Shown here piece by piece: positions 8,240 through 17,570 of a stretch of DNA of 44,140 bases. Both the position numbers and the translations under genes were made by a program. The stretch is from contig DATGDI010000008.1 of NCBI GenBank assembly GCA_035310965.1, positions 1 through 44,140 of the forward strand, written 5' to 3'. The notes beneath the pieces are model-generated. The model saw only the letters and a list, made by a program, of their open reading frames with translations, did no database searches and was not told where the DNA came from. Positions within the stretch are counted from its first letter, which is position 1, and the number at the start of each line of letters is the position of its first letter. The stretch is from Methanomicrobiales archaeon. Its GTDB lineage: Archaea > Halobacteriota > Methanomicrobia > Methanomicrobiales > JACTUA01.

Positions 8240-9102
8240 TCTACGCCGACAGGACCACGGGAGTCATCGTCACGGGAGCCACCGGGAACCAGGGGAGGTT
8301 CCACATTCCCCTCATGCACGCCTATGCCCGCGAGGTGGGGGGCAGGGGGGTGGTCGCCGGAGTCACGCCGGGGAAGGGCGGCCAGGAGGTCCAGGGGGTC
8401 CCCGTGTACAACAGCATCCGGGATGCCCTCGGGGAGCACGACGCCCGGGCGGCCGTCGTCTTTGTCCCCGCCGGGGGGGCGATGGACTCGATCATGGAGT
8501 GCGCCTACGCGGGGATCGAGCTCATCGTCGCCATCACCGAGCAGATCCCGGTCCATGACACGATGAAGGCCATCGAATACGCCCGGCTGCAGGGGGCGGT
8601 GGTCATCGGCCCCAACTGCCCGGGGCTCATCTGCCCCGGCGAATGCAAGCTCGGCATCATCCCGGCCCAGCTCGCCACCCGGGGGAACGTGGGAGTCGTC
8701 TCCCGGAGCGGCACCCTCACCTACGAGGTGATCCACGAGCTGACCCGGGCGGGCATCGGCCAGTCCGCGGTGGTCGGGATCGGCGGGGACCCGGTCATCG
8801 GGCAGACCTTCTCCGACGTCCTGGAACGGTTCGAGGACGACCCGGAGACGAAGGCGGTGGTCCTCATCGGGGAGGTCGGGGGGAGCCTGGAGGAAGAGGG
8901 GGCGGGCACCACCGACCTCCCCCTCGTCGCGTACATCGCGGGGGTGACCGCCCCTCCCGAGAAGAGGATGGGCCATGCCGGGGCCATCATCGAGGGCGGG
9001 GAGGGCGATGCCCGGTCCAAGATCCGCCGCCTCGATGCCATGGGGATCGCGGTCGCGGAACGGCCGGGCGAGATCCCGGACCTCATCCGGGGGTACCTGT
9101 AG
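8236..9102 (+). CDS. sucD: succinyl-CoA synthetase alpha subunit
   Basis: MIYADRTTGVIVTGATGNQGRFH...SRSGTLTYE...MGHAGAII (CoA-ligase domains and the catalytic His loop). The track ORF starts at ATG 8197, but those 13 extra codons lie in the duplicated junction. Confidence 0.9.
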   Translation: MIYADRTTGVIVTGATGNQGRFHIPLMHAYAREVGGRGVVAGVTPGKGGQEVQGVPVYNSIRDALGEHDARAAVVFVPAGGAMDSIMECAYAGIELIVAITEQIPVHDTMKAIEYARLQGAVVIGPNCPGLICPGECKLGIIPAQLATRGNVGVVSRSGTLTYEVIHELTRAGIGQSAVVGIGGDPVIGQTFSDVLERFEDDPETKAVVLIGEVGGSLEEEGAGTTDLPLVAYIAGVTAPPEKRMGHAGAIIEGGEGDARSKIRRLDAMGIAVAERPGEIPDLIRGYL

Positions 9103-9105
9103 GCC

Positions 9106-9918
9106 ATGGCGAACGAGGATCTCATGATGGAGGCCGCGGCAAAGATCGCCGGGGCCATCGGGGCAAAGGCCATCGTCTCCTACACGAAGAGGTGCGAGTG
9201 CCCGACCGACATCCCCATCATCTGGGTCCGGGAGCTCCAGATCGATGTAGTCCAGGACCTGACCATGCCGGACATCCTGGAGATCTCCGAGCGGCACATG
9301 CTCGACACCGCCATCCAGCTCTACCTGGAGCGCCGGCTCGAGAAGGGGCAGGTCGTCGGGGTGTTCCCCTACGCCATCCTCCTCTATGACATCGAGGAGG
9401 GAAAGAACTTCATCCGGATCCGGGAGTTCGAGGACATCGTCCCGAGCGAGGTGATGTTCTCGGTCCTCTCCCTTGCGATGCAGATCGCCGTGGAGGGCAG
9501 GGAGGGGAGGGCCATCGGCACGGCCTTCATCATCGGTGACGGGGAGACCATCCTCCGGCATTCCCACCAGGCCATCCTCAACCCCTACGAGGGGCAGCAC
9601 CAGGGAGTCTGTGACGTGAAGAACCGGGAGAACTGGGAGTCCATCAAGGAGCTCGCCCAGCTGGACGGGGTCTTTATGGTGAACACCGAGGGCTTCATCC
9701 TCGCCTCGGGCCGGTACCTGGACGCATCGGCCCGGGACGTGGTTCTCCCGGGCGGCCTCGGCGGCAGGCACCGGGCGACCGCTGCCATCACCCGCGAGCA
9801 CCCGGTGGTGGGGGTGACAATCTCCGAGAGCGGCGGGACCATCCGGGTCTTCCGGGAGGGGCAGATCCGGATCTCGCTGCGCCCCTACGAGAGGAGATAC
9901 CCGGTTGGAAACGGTTAA
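9106..9918 (+). CDS. dacZ: DacZ-type diadenylate cyclase (c-di-AMP synthase): pyruvate-kinase-C-like N-domain plus DAC domain
   Basis: DAC motifs are present: GTAFIIGDGE, DGVFMVN (DGA-like), GGLGGRHRATAAIT (RHRAA) and ISESGGTIRVF. The N-terminal ~100 aa resemble the regulatory domain of archaeal DacZ. Confidence 0.75.
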   Translation: MANEDLMMEAAAKIAGAIGAKAIVSYTKRCECPTDIPIIWVRELQIDVVQDLTMPDILEISERHMLDTAIQLYLERRLEKGQVVGVFPYAILLYDIEEGKNFIRIREFEDIVPSEVMFSVLSLAMQIAVEGREGRAIGTAFIIGDGETILRHSHQAILNPYEGQHQGVCDVKNRENWESIKELAQLDGVFMVNTEGFILASGRYLDASARDVVLPGGLGGRHRATAAITREHPVVGVTISESGGTIRVFREGQIRISLRPYERRYPVGNG

Positions 9919-9971
9919 ATGATGACCTCACCCTTTTCTATTAAGCGCGTGCAGAATCACAGAGGCGAAGG

Positions 9972-11174
9972 ATGAGCAGGAACATTCGCGTGGAAGCCCT
10001 CGATCAGACGCCCATCGAGCAGCAGCGGATCGAGCTCGTGGAACGCAAGGGGATCGGCCATCCCGACAGCCTTATGGACGGGATCGCCGAGTCGGTGAGC
10101 CGTGCCCTCAGCCGGGCATACCTGGAGGAGTGCGGGGCGGTTCTCCACCACAACACCGACCAGGGCGAGGTGGTCGGTGGGGAGACCCTCCCGGCCTTCG
10201 GCGGGGGAAAGGTCATCAAGCCCATCTACGTCCTCCTCGTGGGTCGGGCCACGAAGCAGTTCAACGGGATGCACTTCCCCACCGACTCCATTGCGGTGAA
10301 GGCGGCGAGGGACTACATCCGGGAGACCCTCACGAACGCAGACCTGGACCGGGACGTCATCGTCGATTGCCGGCTCGGGGAGGGGTCCACCGACCTCCGG
10401 GAGGTCTTCCGGCCCTGCCAGGACACGAAGCCCCGGGCGAACGACACCTCCTTCGGCGTGGGCCACGCCCCCTTCTCGGAGGCCGAAACCATCGTCCGGA
10501 GCCTCTCGGACGCCATCGACGGCTCCCTCCGGAGGAAGTACCCGGTCCTCGGGCAGGACGTGAAGATCATGGCCCTCCGGGACGGGGACATCATCAAGCT
10601 CACCGTCGCGTGCGCTATGGTGGGACGGTACTGCTCGGGCATCCACGAGTATCTCGAGATCAAGGAGACGATGCAGAAGGAGCTCGAAAAGGAGGCCCGG
10701 CGGCACACGAACCGGCAGGTCGTGGTCGAGGTGAACACCGCCGACAACCCGGACACCGGCTCGGTGTTCCTCACGGTCATCGGGACCTCGGCGGAGATGG
10801 GGGACGACGGTTCCGTCGGGCGGGGCAACCGCTGCAACGGCCTCATCACCCCGAACCGGCCCATGTCCATGGAGGCGACCTCGGGCAAAAACCCCATCAA
10901 CCACATCGGGAAGATCTACAACCTCCTCTCCACCCAGGTCGCCCGGGAGTGCGTGGAGAAGGTGGAGGGGATCGAGGAGATCTACATCCGCATCCTCTCC
11001 CAGATCGGGAACCCCATCGACCAGCCCCTCGTTGCGAGTGCCCAGATCATCCCGAAGAACGGGGCGAGCTTCAAGGCCATCTCCCGGGAGGTCGAGTCCG
11101 TCATGGACTCCTCCTTTGAGAACATCACCTGCATCACGGAGAAGGTAATTTCCGGTGAGCTCAAGACCTTCTGA
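9972..11174 (+). CDS. mat: archaeal-type S-adenosylmethionine synthetase
   Basis: 400 aa with ERKGIGHPDSLMDGIAE and HHNTDQ, characteristic of the archaeal MAT family. Confidence 0.9.
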   Translation: MSRNIRVEALDQTPIEQQRIELVERKGIGHPDSLMDGIAESVSRALSRAYLEECGAVLHHNTDQGEVVGGETLPAFGGGKVIKPIYVLLVGRATKQFNGMHFPTDSIAVKAARDYIRETLTNADLDRDVIVDCRLGEGSTDLREVFRPCQDTKPRANDTSFGVGHAPFSEAETIVRSLSDAIDGSLRRKYPVLGQDVKIMALRDGDIIKLTVACAMVGRYCSGIHEYLEIKETMQKELEKEARRHTNRQVVVEVNTADNPDTGSVFLTVIGTSAEMGDDGSVGRGNRCNGLITPNRPMSMEATSGKNPINHIGKIYNLLSTQVARECVEKVEGIEEIYIRILSQIGNPIDQPLVASAQIIPKNGASFKAISREVESVMDSSFENITCITEKVISGELKTF

Positions 11175-12033
11175 CCGGGTCCGGCTCGCGGTCCCGAACA
11201 AGGGAAGGATCGCGGTCCCCGTCAGGGAGATCCTCGAAAAGAGCGGTCTCCACGCCTCGGAGGGAAACGAGCGCCGGCTCATCGCGAAGACCCGGGACCC
11301 GCTCGTGGAGATACTCTATGCCCGGCCGGCCGATATTCCCGAGTATGTGGCAACCGGGGTTGCGGACCTCGGGATCACGGGCCTCGACATGGTGGCAGAG
11401 CGGGGGGCAGAGGTGGAGGAGCTCCTGGATCTTCAGATCGGGAAGGCCCGGCTCGTCGTGGCAGTGCCCGAGGAGTCGAAGGTGACGAAGGTCGGGGATC
11501 TCAGGGGGGCGAGGGTGGCGACAGAGTTCCCCTGCCTCGCCCAGGCCTTCTTCGGGAAGCGGAGGATCCCCATCGCCGTGGTGCGGGTCGGCGGGGCCTG
11601 CGAGGTGACCCCCCACCTGGGCATCGCGGATGCCATCGCGGATCTCACCTCCTCGGGGGACACCCTCCGGACCCACAATTTGAGGGAGGTCGCCGAGATC
11701 CTGGCCACCTCGACCCGGCTCATCGGGAACAAGGCCGCCTGCCGGGACAAGGCGGAGAAGGTGGAGGAGATCCGGGTCGCCATCGAGAGTGTGGTCCGGG
11801 CCCGGGGGCAGTGCTACCTCATGATGAACGTGAGGAGGCCGGCCCTCGGGAAGGTGAAGAAGGTGCTTCCCGGCCTCTCCGGGCCGACGGTCATGGAGGT
11901 TGCCTCCTCCGAGGACCTCGTCGCCGTCCACGCGGTCGTCGAGGAGGAGCGGATCTACCGGCTCATCCCCCTCCTGAAGAAGGCCGGGGCACGGGACATC
12001 CTCGTGGTCCCCATCGACCGGATGGTACGCTGA
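11155..12033 (+). CDS. hisG: ATP phosphoribosyltransferase (long form)
   Basis: [23 protein letters not shown]...[23 protein letters not shown]. The only in-frame start is GTG 11155, which overlaps mat by 20 nt. Confidence 0.85.
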   Translation: MSSRPSDRVRLAVPNKGRIAVPVREILEKSGLHASEGNERRLIAKTRDPLVEILYARPADIPEYVATGVADLGITGLDMVAERGAEVEELLDLQIGKARLVVAVPEESKVTKVGDLRGARVATEFPCLAQAFFGKRRIPIAVVRVGGACEVTPHLGIADAIADLTSSGDTLRTHNLREVAEILATSTRLIGNKAACRDKAEKVEEIRVAIESVVRARGQCYLMMNVRRPALGKVKKVLPGLSGPTVMEVASSEDLVAVHAVVEEERIYRLIPLLKKAGARDILVVPIDRMVR

Positions 12034-12034
12034 C

Positions 12035-12751
12035 ATGGGGATGACTGTCTTTCCCGCGGTGGACATCCTCGGGGGGAGGTGTGTCCAGCTCGTCCAGGGG
12101 AGGAGGGAGACCGCGAAGGCCTTCGGCGATCCCCTCGATTGTGCCCGGCGATGGGTCCGGGCCGGGGCAGAGGCCCTCCACGTCATCAACCTCGACGGGG
12201 CCTTTGGTGAGTCGGGGGCGAACGCCGGGAAGATCCGGGAGATCCTCCGGGAGACCGGCGTCTTCACCCAGCTCGGCGGGGGTATCCGGTCCCTCGAGGA
12301 CGCCCGGGGGTGGCTCGATACGGGGGTGGATCGGGTCATCCTCGGGACCCTCGCCGTGAGGGATCCGGAAACGGTCCGCACCCTCTCCGGCGAGGCAGGC
12401 CCCTCGCGGGTCATGGCATCCGTGGATTCCCGGGGGGGTGAGGTGGTGGTCGAGGGGTGGACCGCCCCCCGCGGCGACTACCTGGAGTGGGCCCGGCGGT
12501 TCGAGGACCTGGGGGCCGGGGCCCTCCTGTTCACGAACGTCGACGTGGAGGGGCTCGAGGAGGGCACCCGGCGCGAACCCGTGGAGAGACTCCTCGCGGC
12601 CACCCGGCTCCCTGTCGTGGTGGCTGGAGGGATCACGAGCCTCGCCGATCTCGCGGCCCTGAAGGGCCTCGGGGCCGCGGGGGTGGTCCTCGGGTCAGCT
12701 CTCTACAGCGGAAAGATCGATCTGGGAAAGGCGATGGAGGCATGCCGATGA
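12035..12751 (+). CDS. hisA: ProFAR isomerase (1-(5-phosphoribosyl)-5-[(5-phosphoribosylamino)methylideneamino]imidazole-4-carboxamide isomerase)
   Basis: [24 protein letters not shown] and GGGIRS motifs; 238 aa. Confidence 0.85.
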   Translation: MGMTVFPAVDILGGRCVQLVQGRRETAKAFGDPLDCARRWVRAGAEALHVINLDGAFGESGANAGKIREILRETGVFTQLGGGIRSLEDARGWLDTGVDRVILGTLAVRDPETVRTLSGEAGPSRVMASVDSRGGEVVVEGWTAPRGDYLEWARRFEDLGAGALLFTNVDVEGLEEGTRREPVERLLAATRLPVVVAGGITSLADLAALKGLGAAGVVLGSALYSGKIDLGKAMEACR

Positions 12752-13329
12752 GGAAGGGAAAGATTGAGCGGAAGACGGGCGAGACGAAGATCACGGTGGG
12801 TATCACCCTCGAGGGGACGGGGAAGGCGGCGGTGGAGACCGGCCTCCCCTTCCTCGACCACATGCTCGGGGCCTTCGCACGCCACGGGAGGTTCGATCTC
12901 GAGGTGAAGGCCACAGGGGATCTCGGGGTCGATCCCCACCACCTGGTGGAGGACACGGGCATCGTACTCGGGCAGGCTATCCGGAAGTCAGTGGGCGACG
13001 GGAAGGGGATCCGGCGGTTCGGCTTTGCCTCCGTCCCCATGGACGAGTCCCTTGCCCAGGTTTCCCTCGACTGCGGCGGGCGGAGCTACCTCGTCTTCAC
13101 CGGCTCCTTCGGTTCCCCGTCCCTCGGGACCATCCCGCCGGAGCTTTTCGAGCACTTCTTTGCGAGCCTCTGCACCCACGGCGGTCTCACCGCCCACATA
13201 ACTTTCACGGGAAGGTCGGATCACCACAAGTGCGAGGCGGTCTTCAAGGCCTTTGGTCGGGCGCTCGGGGAGGCCGTCGCCACGGTCCCCGGCGAAGAGG
13301 GCGTGCCGAGCACGAAGGGAGTCTTCTAG
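12742..13329 (+). CDS. hisB: imidazoleglycerol-phosphate dehydratase
   Basis: [11 protein letters not shown]...LPFLDHML...[17 protein letters not shown] 12742 (or 12748) is in frame within ORF 12457..13329 and overlaps the hisA stop. Confidence 0.85.
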   Translation: MPMRKGKIERKTGETKITVGITLEGTGKAAVETGLPFLDHMLGAFARHGRFDLEVKATGDLGVDPHHLVEDTGIVLGQAIRKSVGDGKGIRRFGFASVPMDESLAQVSLDCGGRSYLVFTGSFGSPSLGTIPPELFEHFFASLCTHGGLTAHITFTGRSDHHKCEAVFKAFGRALGEAVATVPGEEGVPSTKGVF

Positions 13330-13330
13330 G

Positions 13331-13520
13331 ACGGAGGTTCCAAAGGAACCGACGTGAGGAGATGAAGTCTCTGAACGGAGATTCCCGAAGGAATCGACGA
13401 GGGGCATATCCTGGAACGCCTCCCCTTAAGTAAAATGCCTGATGAACTGCCGGATCAACCGTTATGAAAACGCCGCGATAGAAAAGATCCTGTGTAAAAA
13501 CGCCTGGACTGAAAAGGGTT
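13331..13520. terminator. convergent-gene terminator zone (two related hairpins; oligo-T tracts on the minus strand)
   Basis: ACGGAG-GTTCC-AAA-GGAAC-CGACG (13331-13354) and ACGGAG-ATTCC-CGAA-GGAAT-CGACG (13375-13399). A 23-nt direct repeat at 13464 and 13494 gives TTTTC/TTTTT runs downstream of the histone gene on the minus strand. Confidence 0.4.
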
Positions 13521-13523
13521 GAT

Positions 13524-13733
13524 TCAGGAGGTTTTTGCCGCGAGATCAACATCCTCTTCCTTGATGGTCTTCCTTCCGGCGTGCTGGGCGAGGCGGTTTG
13601 CCTCCTTCGTCAGGTTCGCGATGTAGGCCTCGGCCTTGGCGACCAGGGCGGCGGCAGCATCGCTCCCGACCCGCTCTGCGCCGTTCTTCTTGGCAATGCG
13701 AACGACAGCGGCGATTGGTAAATCAGCCATCAC
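13524..13733 (-). CDS. archaeal histone (HMf family)
   Basis: 69 aa: LPIAAVVRIAKKNGAERVGSDAA...ANRLAQHAGRKTIKEEDV is a histone fold. A TATAAATA box on the minus strand (plus coordinates 13764-13771) lies ~31 nt upstream. Confidence 0.9.
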   Translation of the reverse strand: MMADLPIAAVVRIAKKNGAERVGSDAAAALVAKAEAYIANLTKEANRLAQHAGRKTIKEEDVDLAAKTS

Positions 13734-13920
13734 ATTTCACCCACAAATTACTCTATGAGTCAATATTTATACTTTTCTTTCCATTTGCTCAAGAAATCAG
13801 GATTTCTTATCTCGAAGGAGGCACCAAATCCCCCGTATCGACGGATGGAGACGAAATACGGGCTAGATGAAAAACGGAAATATGGGGGTATTTCCCGAAA
13901 AAACCCGTTTTAAGGGATTT

Positions 13921-14664
13921 TCACCTTTTTGCCAGCTTAGAGGCGGTAATCAGGGCATTCGAGTAATCCGGGGAAGCGCGCGAGCTATCCACAAAGATTC
14001 TGTCGATATTTACTACGGGGGCCCCGTGGGCCTTCCCCTCCCCGAGGTGGACCAGGGTGCGGAAGATGAGGTTCCCCGAGATGCCGTCCGGGGCGAGGAT
14101 CATGCCGGCCGTCCGGATGGCATCCTCGATGAGGATCTCCCGGTGAACGGCCCCGGTGAGCCGGGCGACCATCTCGGCATCGGCGATGGTCCGGTCAACG
14201 GCCGGGTGCCGGCCCACGTCCCCGAGCCGGCCGCCGGAAAGGACCGCAACTTCGGGGGGGAGACCGAACCGGGCAGCGAGGGCCCTCCCTCGTTCCACGA
14301 GCTCCACCTTCTCGCCGACGGTCCACCCTTCATCCACGCCGACCGGGGCGAGGAGGAACATCCGGCCCTTCCGGGTGGAGAGGAGGGCAATCCTCAGCAG
14401 GTGATCGACCCCGGTCGCCTCCCTGAGGGATCGGAGGGTGTCATTCGAAGGGAGGGAACCCCGGACAGCAGCGTCGATCTCGCCCTCCATGAGGGCCTTC
14501 ACGAGAGCCTCCCCGGGCCGGTCGCTCAATATGAGGGAAGGATCACGAATTTCCCCGGCAGACTCCCGGGATGTGTAGCAAAGGACCTGGATGCCGGCCT
14601 TCACCCTTTTTGCGGAGGCGAGAACCTTCCCGATATCGCGCCCGGCCCCGATGCCGATCCTCAT
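13921..14664 (-). CDS. phosphate acetyl/butyryl-transferase-like protein (MtxX / methanogen marker protein 4-like)
   Basis: 247 aa. The call is by recollection of the MtxX family (MRIGIGAG...PVGVDEG...APDGISGNLIFR). The start overlaps the upstream gene stop (ATGA at 14661-14664). Confidence 0.5.
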   Translation of the reverse strand: MRIGIGAGRDIGKVLASAKRVKAGIQVLCYTSRESAGEIRDPSLILSDRPGEALVKALMEGEIDAAVRGSLPSNDTLRSLREATGVDHLLRIALLSTRKGRMFLLAPVGVDEGWTVGEKVELVERGRALAARFGLPPEVAVLSGGRLGDVGRHPAVDRTIADAEMVARLTGAVHREILIEDAIRTAGMILAPDGISGNLIFRTLVHLGEGKAHGAPVVNIDRIFVDSSRASPDYSNALITASKLAKR

Positions 14665-15674
14665 AGGTTGAGTTCGCAGGGATTCGTCACGATCCCCATC
14701 ACGCTCTCCCTCTTCAGGTCAAAGACAGAGGCCTGCTCCCCCCCGTGCTCGATGCAGAGGTTCCGGTCCCCGTTCAGGTGCCCGATGGAGCGGGCGGTCA
14801 TGCCCACCGATGCAAACCTCCGGCAGACCTCGTCGACATGCCTCTTTTTCGCCGTGAGCACGAAGCCCATCCCGGGGTACATCCGGACCCACTGCTCGAA
14901 ACCGATGCCATGGGCCTTCAGGTCCGGCCTCGGGATGGCATCGAGCTCGATGACCGCCCCCTTCTCGCTCATCTCGAGGAGCATCCCGAGGGTACCGATG
15001 ACCCCCGGGTTGCTGATGTCCTTCCCCGCGGTGACCAGGTGGGTCTCGCCGAGCTCCTGGAGCAGCCGGATCTGGGCCCTCACGCGTTCCGGCGACTTCA
15101 TGGTGACCGAGTCCCAGTTGAGGGCGCACGAGGGGTGGACCCTCCCGTCGAGGTCGATGGCCGCGATAACCTCGTCGCCGCTATTCGCCGTGTGGGAGTA
15201 GATGACCGAGTCCAGGCGGGCGATCCCGAGGATGGCCACGTCGATGACGCTGTACGGGGTGTCGGGGTGGAGGTGGCCGCCCACGATGGGCACATTGAAC
15301 TGCTCGCAGGCCGCAAGCATCCCGGCCGTCACGTGTTCCCGGATTCCCTCGTCGGAGAGAGAGAGGACGTCCACGAGGGCGATGGGGCGGCCTCCCATGG
15401 CCGCGATGTCATGGATGTTCACGAGGACCGAGCAGTAGCCGGCCCAGTGGGGATCCGCCTCCATGAGCTTGCTCCAGATCCCGTCGGCCGCGAGGAGGAG
15501 GGCCTGGTCGTCGTGCCGGATCACCGCGGCATCCTCGCCGAAGGAGGCGATGACATCGGGGGCATCGATACGGAGGGCCTTGATCATCTCGCCGATGGCG
15601 TGCTTCCTCGTGACCCCCTCGTACTCGCGGACCGCCTTTTTCACCGAGTCGAGGGAGCAGCTCTTTTCAACCAT
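14661..15674 (-). CDS. AIR synthase-related (PurM-like) protein, methanogenesis marker protein 2-like
   Basis: 337 aa with FGEDAAVI, ADGIW...NIHDIAAMGG and VGGH, characteristic of the PurM/HypE/SelD ATP-binding fold. Confidence 0.55.
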   Translation of the reverse strand: MVEKSCSLDSVKKAVREYEGVTRKHAIGEMIKALRIDAPDVIASFGEDAAVIRHDDQALLLAADGIWSKLMEADPHWAGYCSVLVNIHDIAAMGGRPIALVDVLSLSDEGIREHVTAGMLAACEQFNVPIVGGHLHPDTPYSVIDVAILGIARLDSVIYSHTANSGDEVIAAIDLDGRVHPSCALNWDSVTMKSPERVRAQIRLLQELGETHLVTAGKDISNPGVIGTLGMLLEMSEKGAVIELDAIPRPDLKAHGIGFEQWVRMYPGMGFVLTAKKRHVDEVCRRFASVGMTARSIGHLNGDRNLCIEHGGEQASVFDLKRESVMGIVTNPCELNL

Positions 15675-15749
15675 CCGAGCGTTCCTTCCAGGGTATTCTT
15701 TCGGTCTTCATGAGAGATAATTTATTTCATTTCTGACCGATGATGGGGT

Positions 15750-17099
15750 ATGGACTGGGCAGAGAAGTACCGGCCCCGGACCCTCGGCGATCTCGTCGGG
15801 AACGGGCCCGCCGTAAAGGCCATGTACGAGTGGGCCCGGTCCTGGAGTCCGGGCCGTAAGCCCCTCCTCCTCCACGGGAAACCGGGAACGGGAAAGACCT
15901 CCTCGGCCCACGCCCTCGCCCGGGACATGGGCTGGGAGATCCTTGAGCTGAACGCGAGCGACCAGCGGACAAAGGATGTTATCGAGCGGGTCGCGGGCGT
16001 TGCCGGGGTCACGGCGAGCCTCTCGGGGGCCGAAAGGAGGCTCATCGTCTTCGACGAGGCCGACAACCTCCACGGGACCGCCGACCGGGGCGGGGCCCGG
16101 GAGATCCTCGAGGTGATCCGCACCTCCCGCCAGCCCATCCTCCTCATCGCGAACGACCTCTACGCCATCCCCTCCGAGATCCGGACGAGGTGCGAGCCGG
16201 TTCTCTTCAGGGCGGTCCAGGCACGGTCCATCGTCCCCAGGCTGAAGTTCATCTGCGCGAGCGAGGGGATCGCCTGCTCCGAGGCCGCCCTCGTCAGGAT
16301 CGCCGAAGACGGGGGAGGCGACCTCCGGTCCTCCATCAACATGCTCCAGGGTGCATCGGAGGGGAGGAACCGGATCGGCGAAGGGGATGTCGTGTCCTCG
16401 CCGAAGGACGAGAGGGTCTCCATCTTCGACCTCATCCTCTCCCTCTTCAAGGGGAGGGAGGACACCCTCCTCGCCGCGGCACGGGCAACGGACGAACCTC
16501 CCGACACGGTGCTCCAGTGGATCGAGGCAAACCTCGTCCATCTCCCCGATGCCGGATCCCTGGCCCTCGCGTACCGGTGGGTGGCCCGTGCCGACGAATA
16601 CCTGGGCCTCACCTTCAGGCGGCAGTACTACTCCCTCTGGCGGTACGCAAATGCCCTCATGGTCCTCGGGTCGTCCCTCGCCGCCGGAGGCCGCGGGGTC
16701 AGGGCCCGGATCCTGCCGCCGGCCCGGTGGCGGCGTATCTCCGGCTACCGGCGCCAGAGGGCGATCCGGGAGTCCCTCATTCGGAAGATCGGGGACCGGG
16801 CCCACATCCCCCCGGAGGTCCTCCGGGAGGACCAGCTGACCCTCCTCTCCCTCCTCGTCGAGGGGAACCCGGTCGCCCACACAAGGGACCTCTCCCTCAA
16901 TGCCGACGAGCTCACCCTGCTCTTCCACGACCGGGCACGGGCGCAGGAGGTTGTCCTCGCGGCCGAAAAGCAGGAGAAGGACGACGGCGAGGCAAAGGAG
17001 GCGATGGCGAGGAAGGAGTCAAAGAAGGAAGGGGAGGCGAAACCCAGGGGGAAGGACCCCGGAAGAAAGGGATCGGGCGGTCAGTCCTCCCTCTTTTGA
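15750..17099 (+). CDS. rfcL: replication factor C large subunit
   Basis: WAEKYRP, Walker A GKPGTGKTS, DEADN, a charged K/E tail, and a C-terminal PIP-like GGQSSLF. Confidence 0.9.
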   Translation: MDWAEKYRPRTLGDLVGNGPAVKAMYEWARSWSPGRKPLLLHGKPGTGKTSSAHALARDMGWEILELNASDQRTKDVIERVAGVAGVTASLSGAERRLIVFDEADNLHGTADRGGAREILEVIRTSRQPILLIANDLYAIPSEIRTRCEPVLFRAVQARSIVPRLKFICASEGIACSEAALVRIAEDGGGDLRSSINMLQGASEGRNRIGEGDVVSSPKDERVSIFDLILSLFKGREDTLLAAARATDEPPDTVLQWIEANLVHLPDAGSLALAYRWVARADEYLGLTFRRQYYSLWRYANALMVLGSSLAAGGRGVRARILPPARWRRISGYRRQRAIRESLIRKIGDRAHIPPEVLREDQLTLLSLLVEGNPVAHTRDLSLNADELTLLFHDRARAQEVVLAAEKQEKDDGEAKEAMARKESKKEGEAKPRGKDPGRKGSGGQSSLF

Positions 17100-17139
17100 A
17101 ACCCGAGGGGGGATCTCAATCCCCCGAGGGAGAAAAAAG

Positions 17140-17559
17140 TCACTTCTCTCCCATTCGGCGTGAACGGTACCGGTGCAGGATCACCCCGCAGTCGATAATC
17201 TCGCCGCCGTCCCCGTAGATCTCGTTCCCCAGGTGGTAGACGATGAGGTCCGCGTTTACCCTTTCCGCGAGAGCGATGAGAGGCGGGATCATTTCCACCC
17301 CCGGCCGGATGGAGTAGATGATGTCGGCCCCGGTATACAAGCTCATATCGGGGGTAAAGATGTCGTCCCGCACGACCTCCGGCCCGCCTGGGAAGGGCAT
17401 GGGCCGGATATCGGTGCACCGGATGGGGATCCCCGCATCCCGGATCCTCAGGGCCGAAACGGGGTTCTGTCCCACCCCCACCTCAACGACGCAATGGTAA
17501 TTTCCCCTGATATAATCCCCGATAAGGCGCTCAATACGTTTATACGGGCCCATCACCAC
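17140..17559 (-). CDS. UPF0146 family protein (methyltransferase-like fold)
   Basis: VVEVGVGQNP...CTDIRP...GADIIYSIRPGVEMIPPL matches the MTH1000/UPF0146 family pattern. Confidence 0.7.
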   Translation of the reverse strand: MVMGPYKRIERLIGDYIRGNYHCVVEVGVGQNPVSALRIRDAGIPIRCTDIRPMPFPGGPEVVRDDIFTPDMSLYTGADIIYSIRPGVEMIPPLIALAERVNADLIVYHLGNEIYGDGGEIIDCGVILHRYRSRRMGEK

Positions 17560-17570
17560 ACCTATTGCTA

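Noticed and set aside
7987-9801. 604-aa minus-strand ORF antisense to sucC, sucD and dacZ
   Set aside because: It has an Arg/Pro/Gly/Asp/His-rich composition with no motifs and lies fully antisense to three well-supported genes. This is a typical stop-poor antisense frame in high-GC DNA.
13439-13511. Box C/D sRNA candidate (CTGATGA ... CTGA) in the hisB-histone gap
   Set aside because: No D' or C' boxes occur at the required spacing. The 72-nt span is too long, and box C lacks the 5' purine. The T-tract terminator interpretation is better.
13867-15201. 444-aa plus-strand ORF across the MtxX-like and PurM-like genes
   Set aside because: It is antisense to two genes with recognisable folds and ATGA coupling. 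Its composition is Pro/Gly/Arg-rich and no family is recognisable.
15708-16928. 406-aa minus ORF antisense to rfcL; likewise 19604..20791, 20092..21250 and 26096..27136
   Set aside because: Each overlaps a gene with strong motifs on the other strand or frame and shows the high-GC artefact amino-acid bias.
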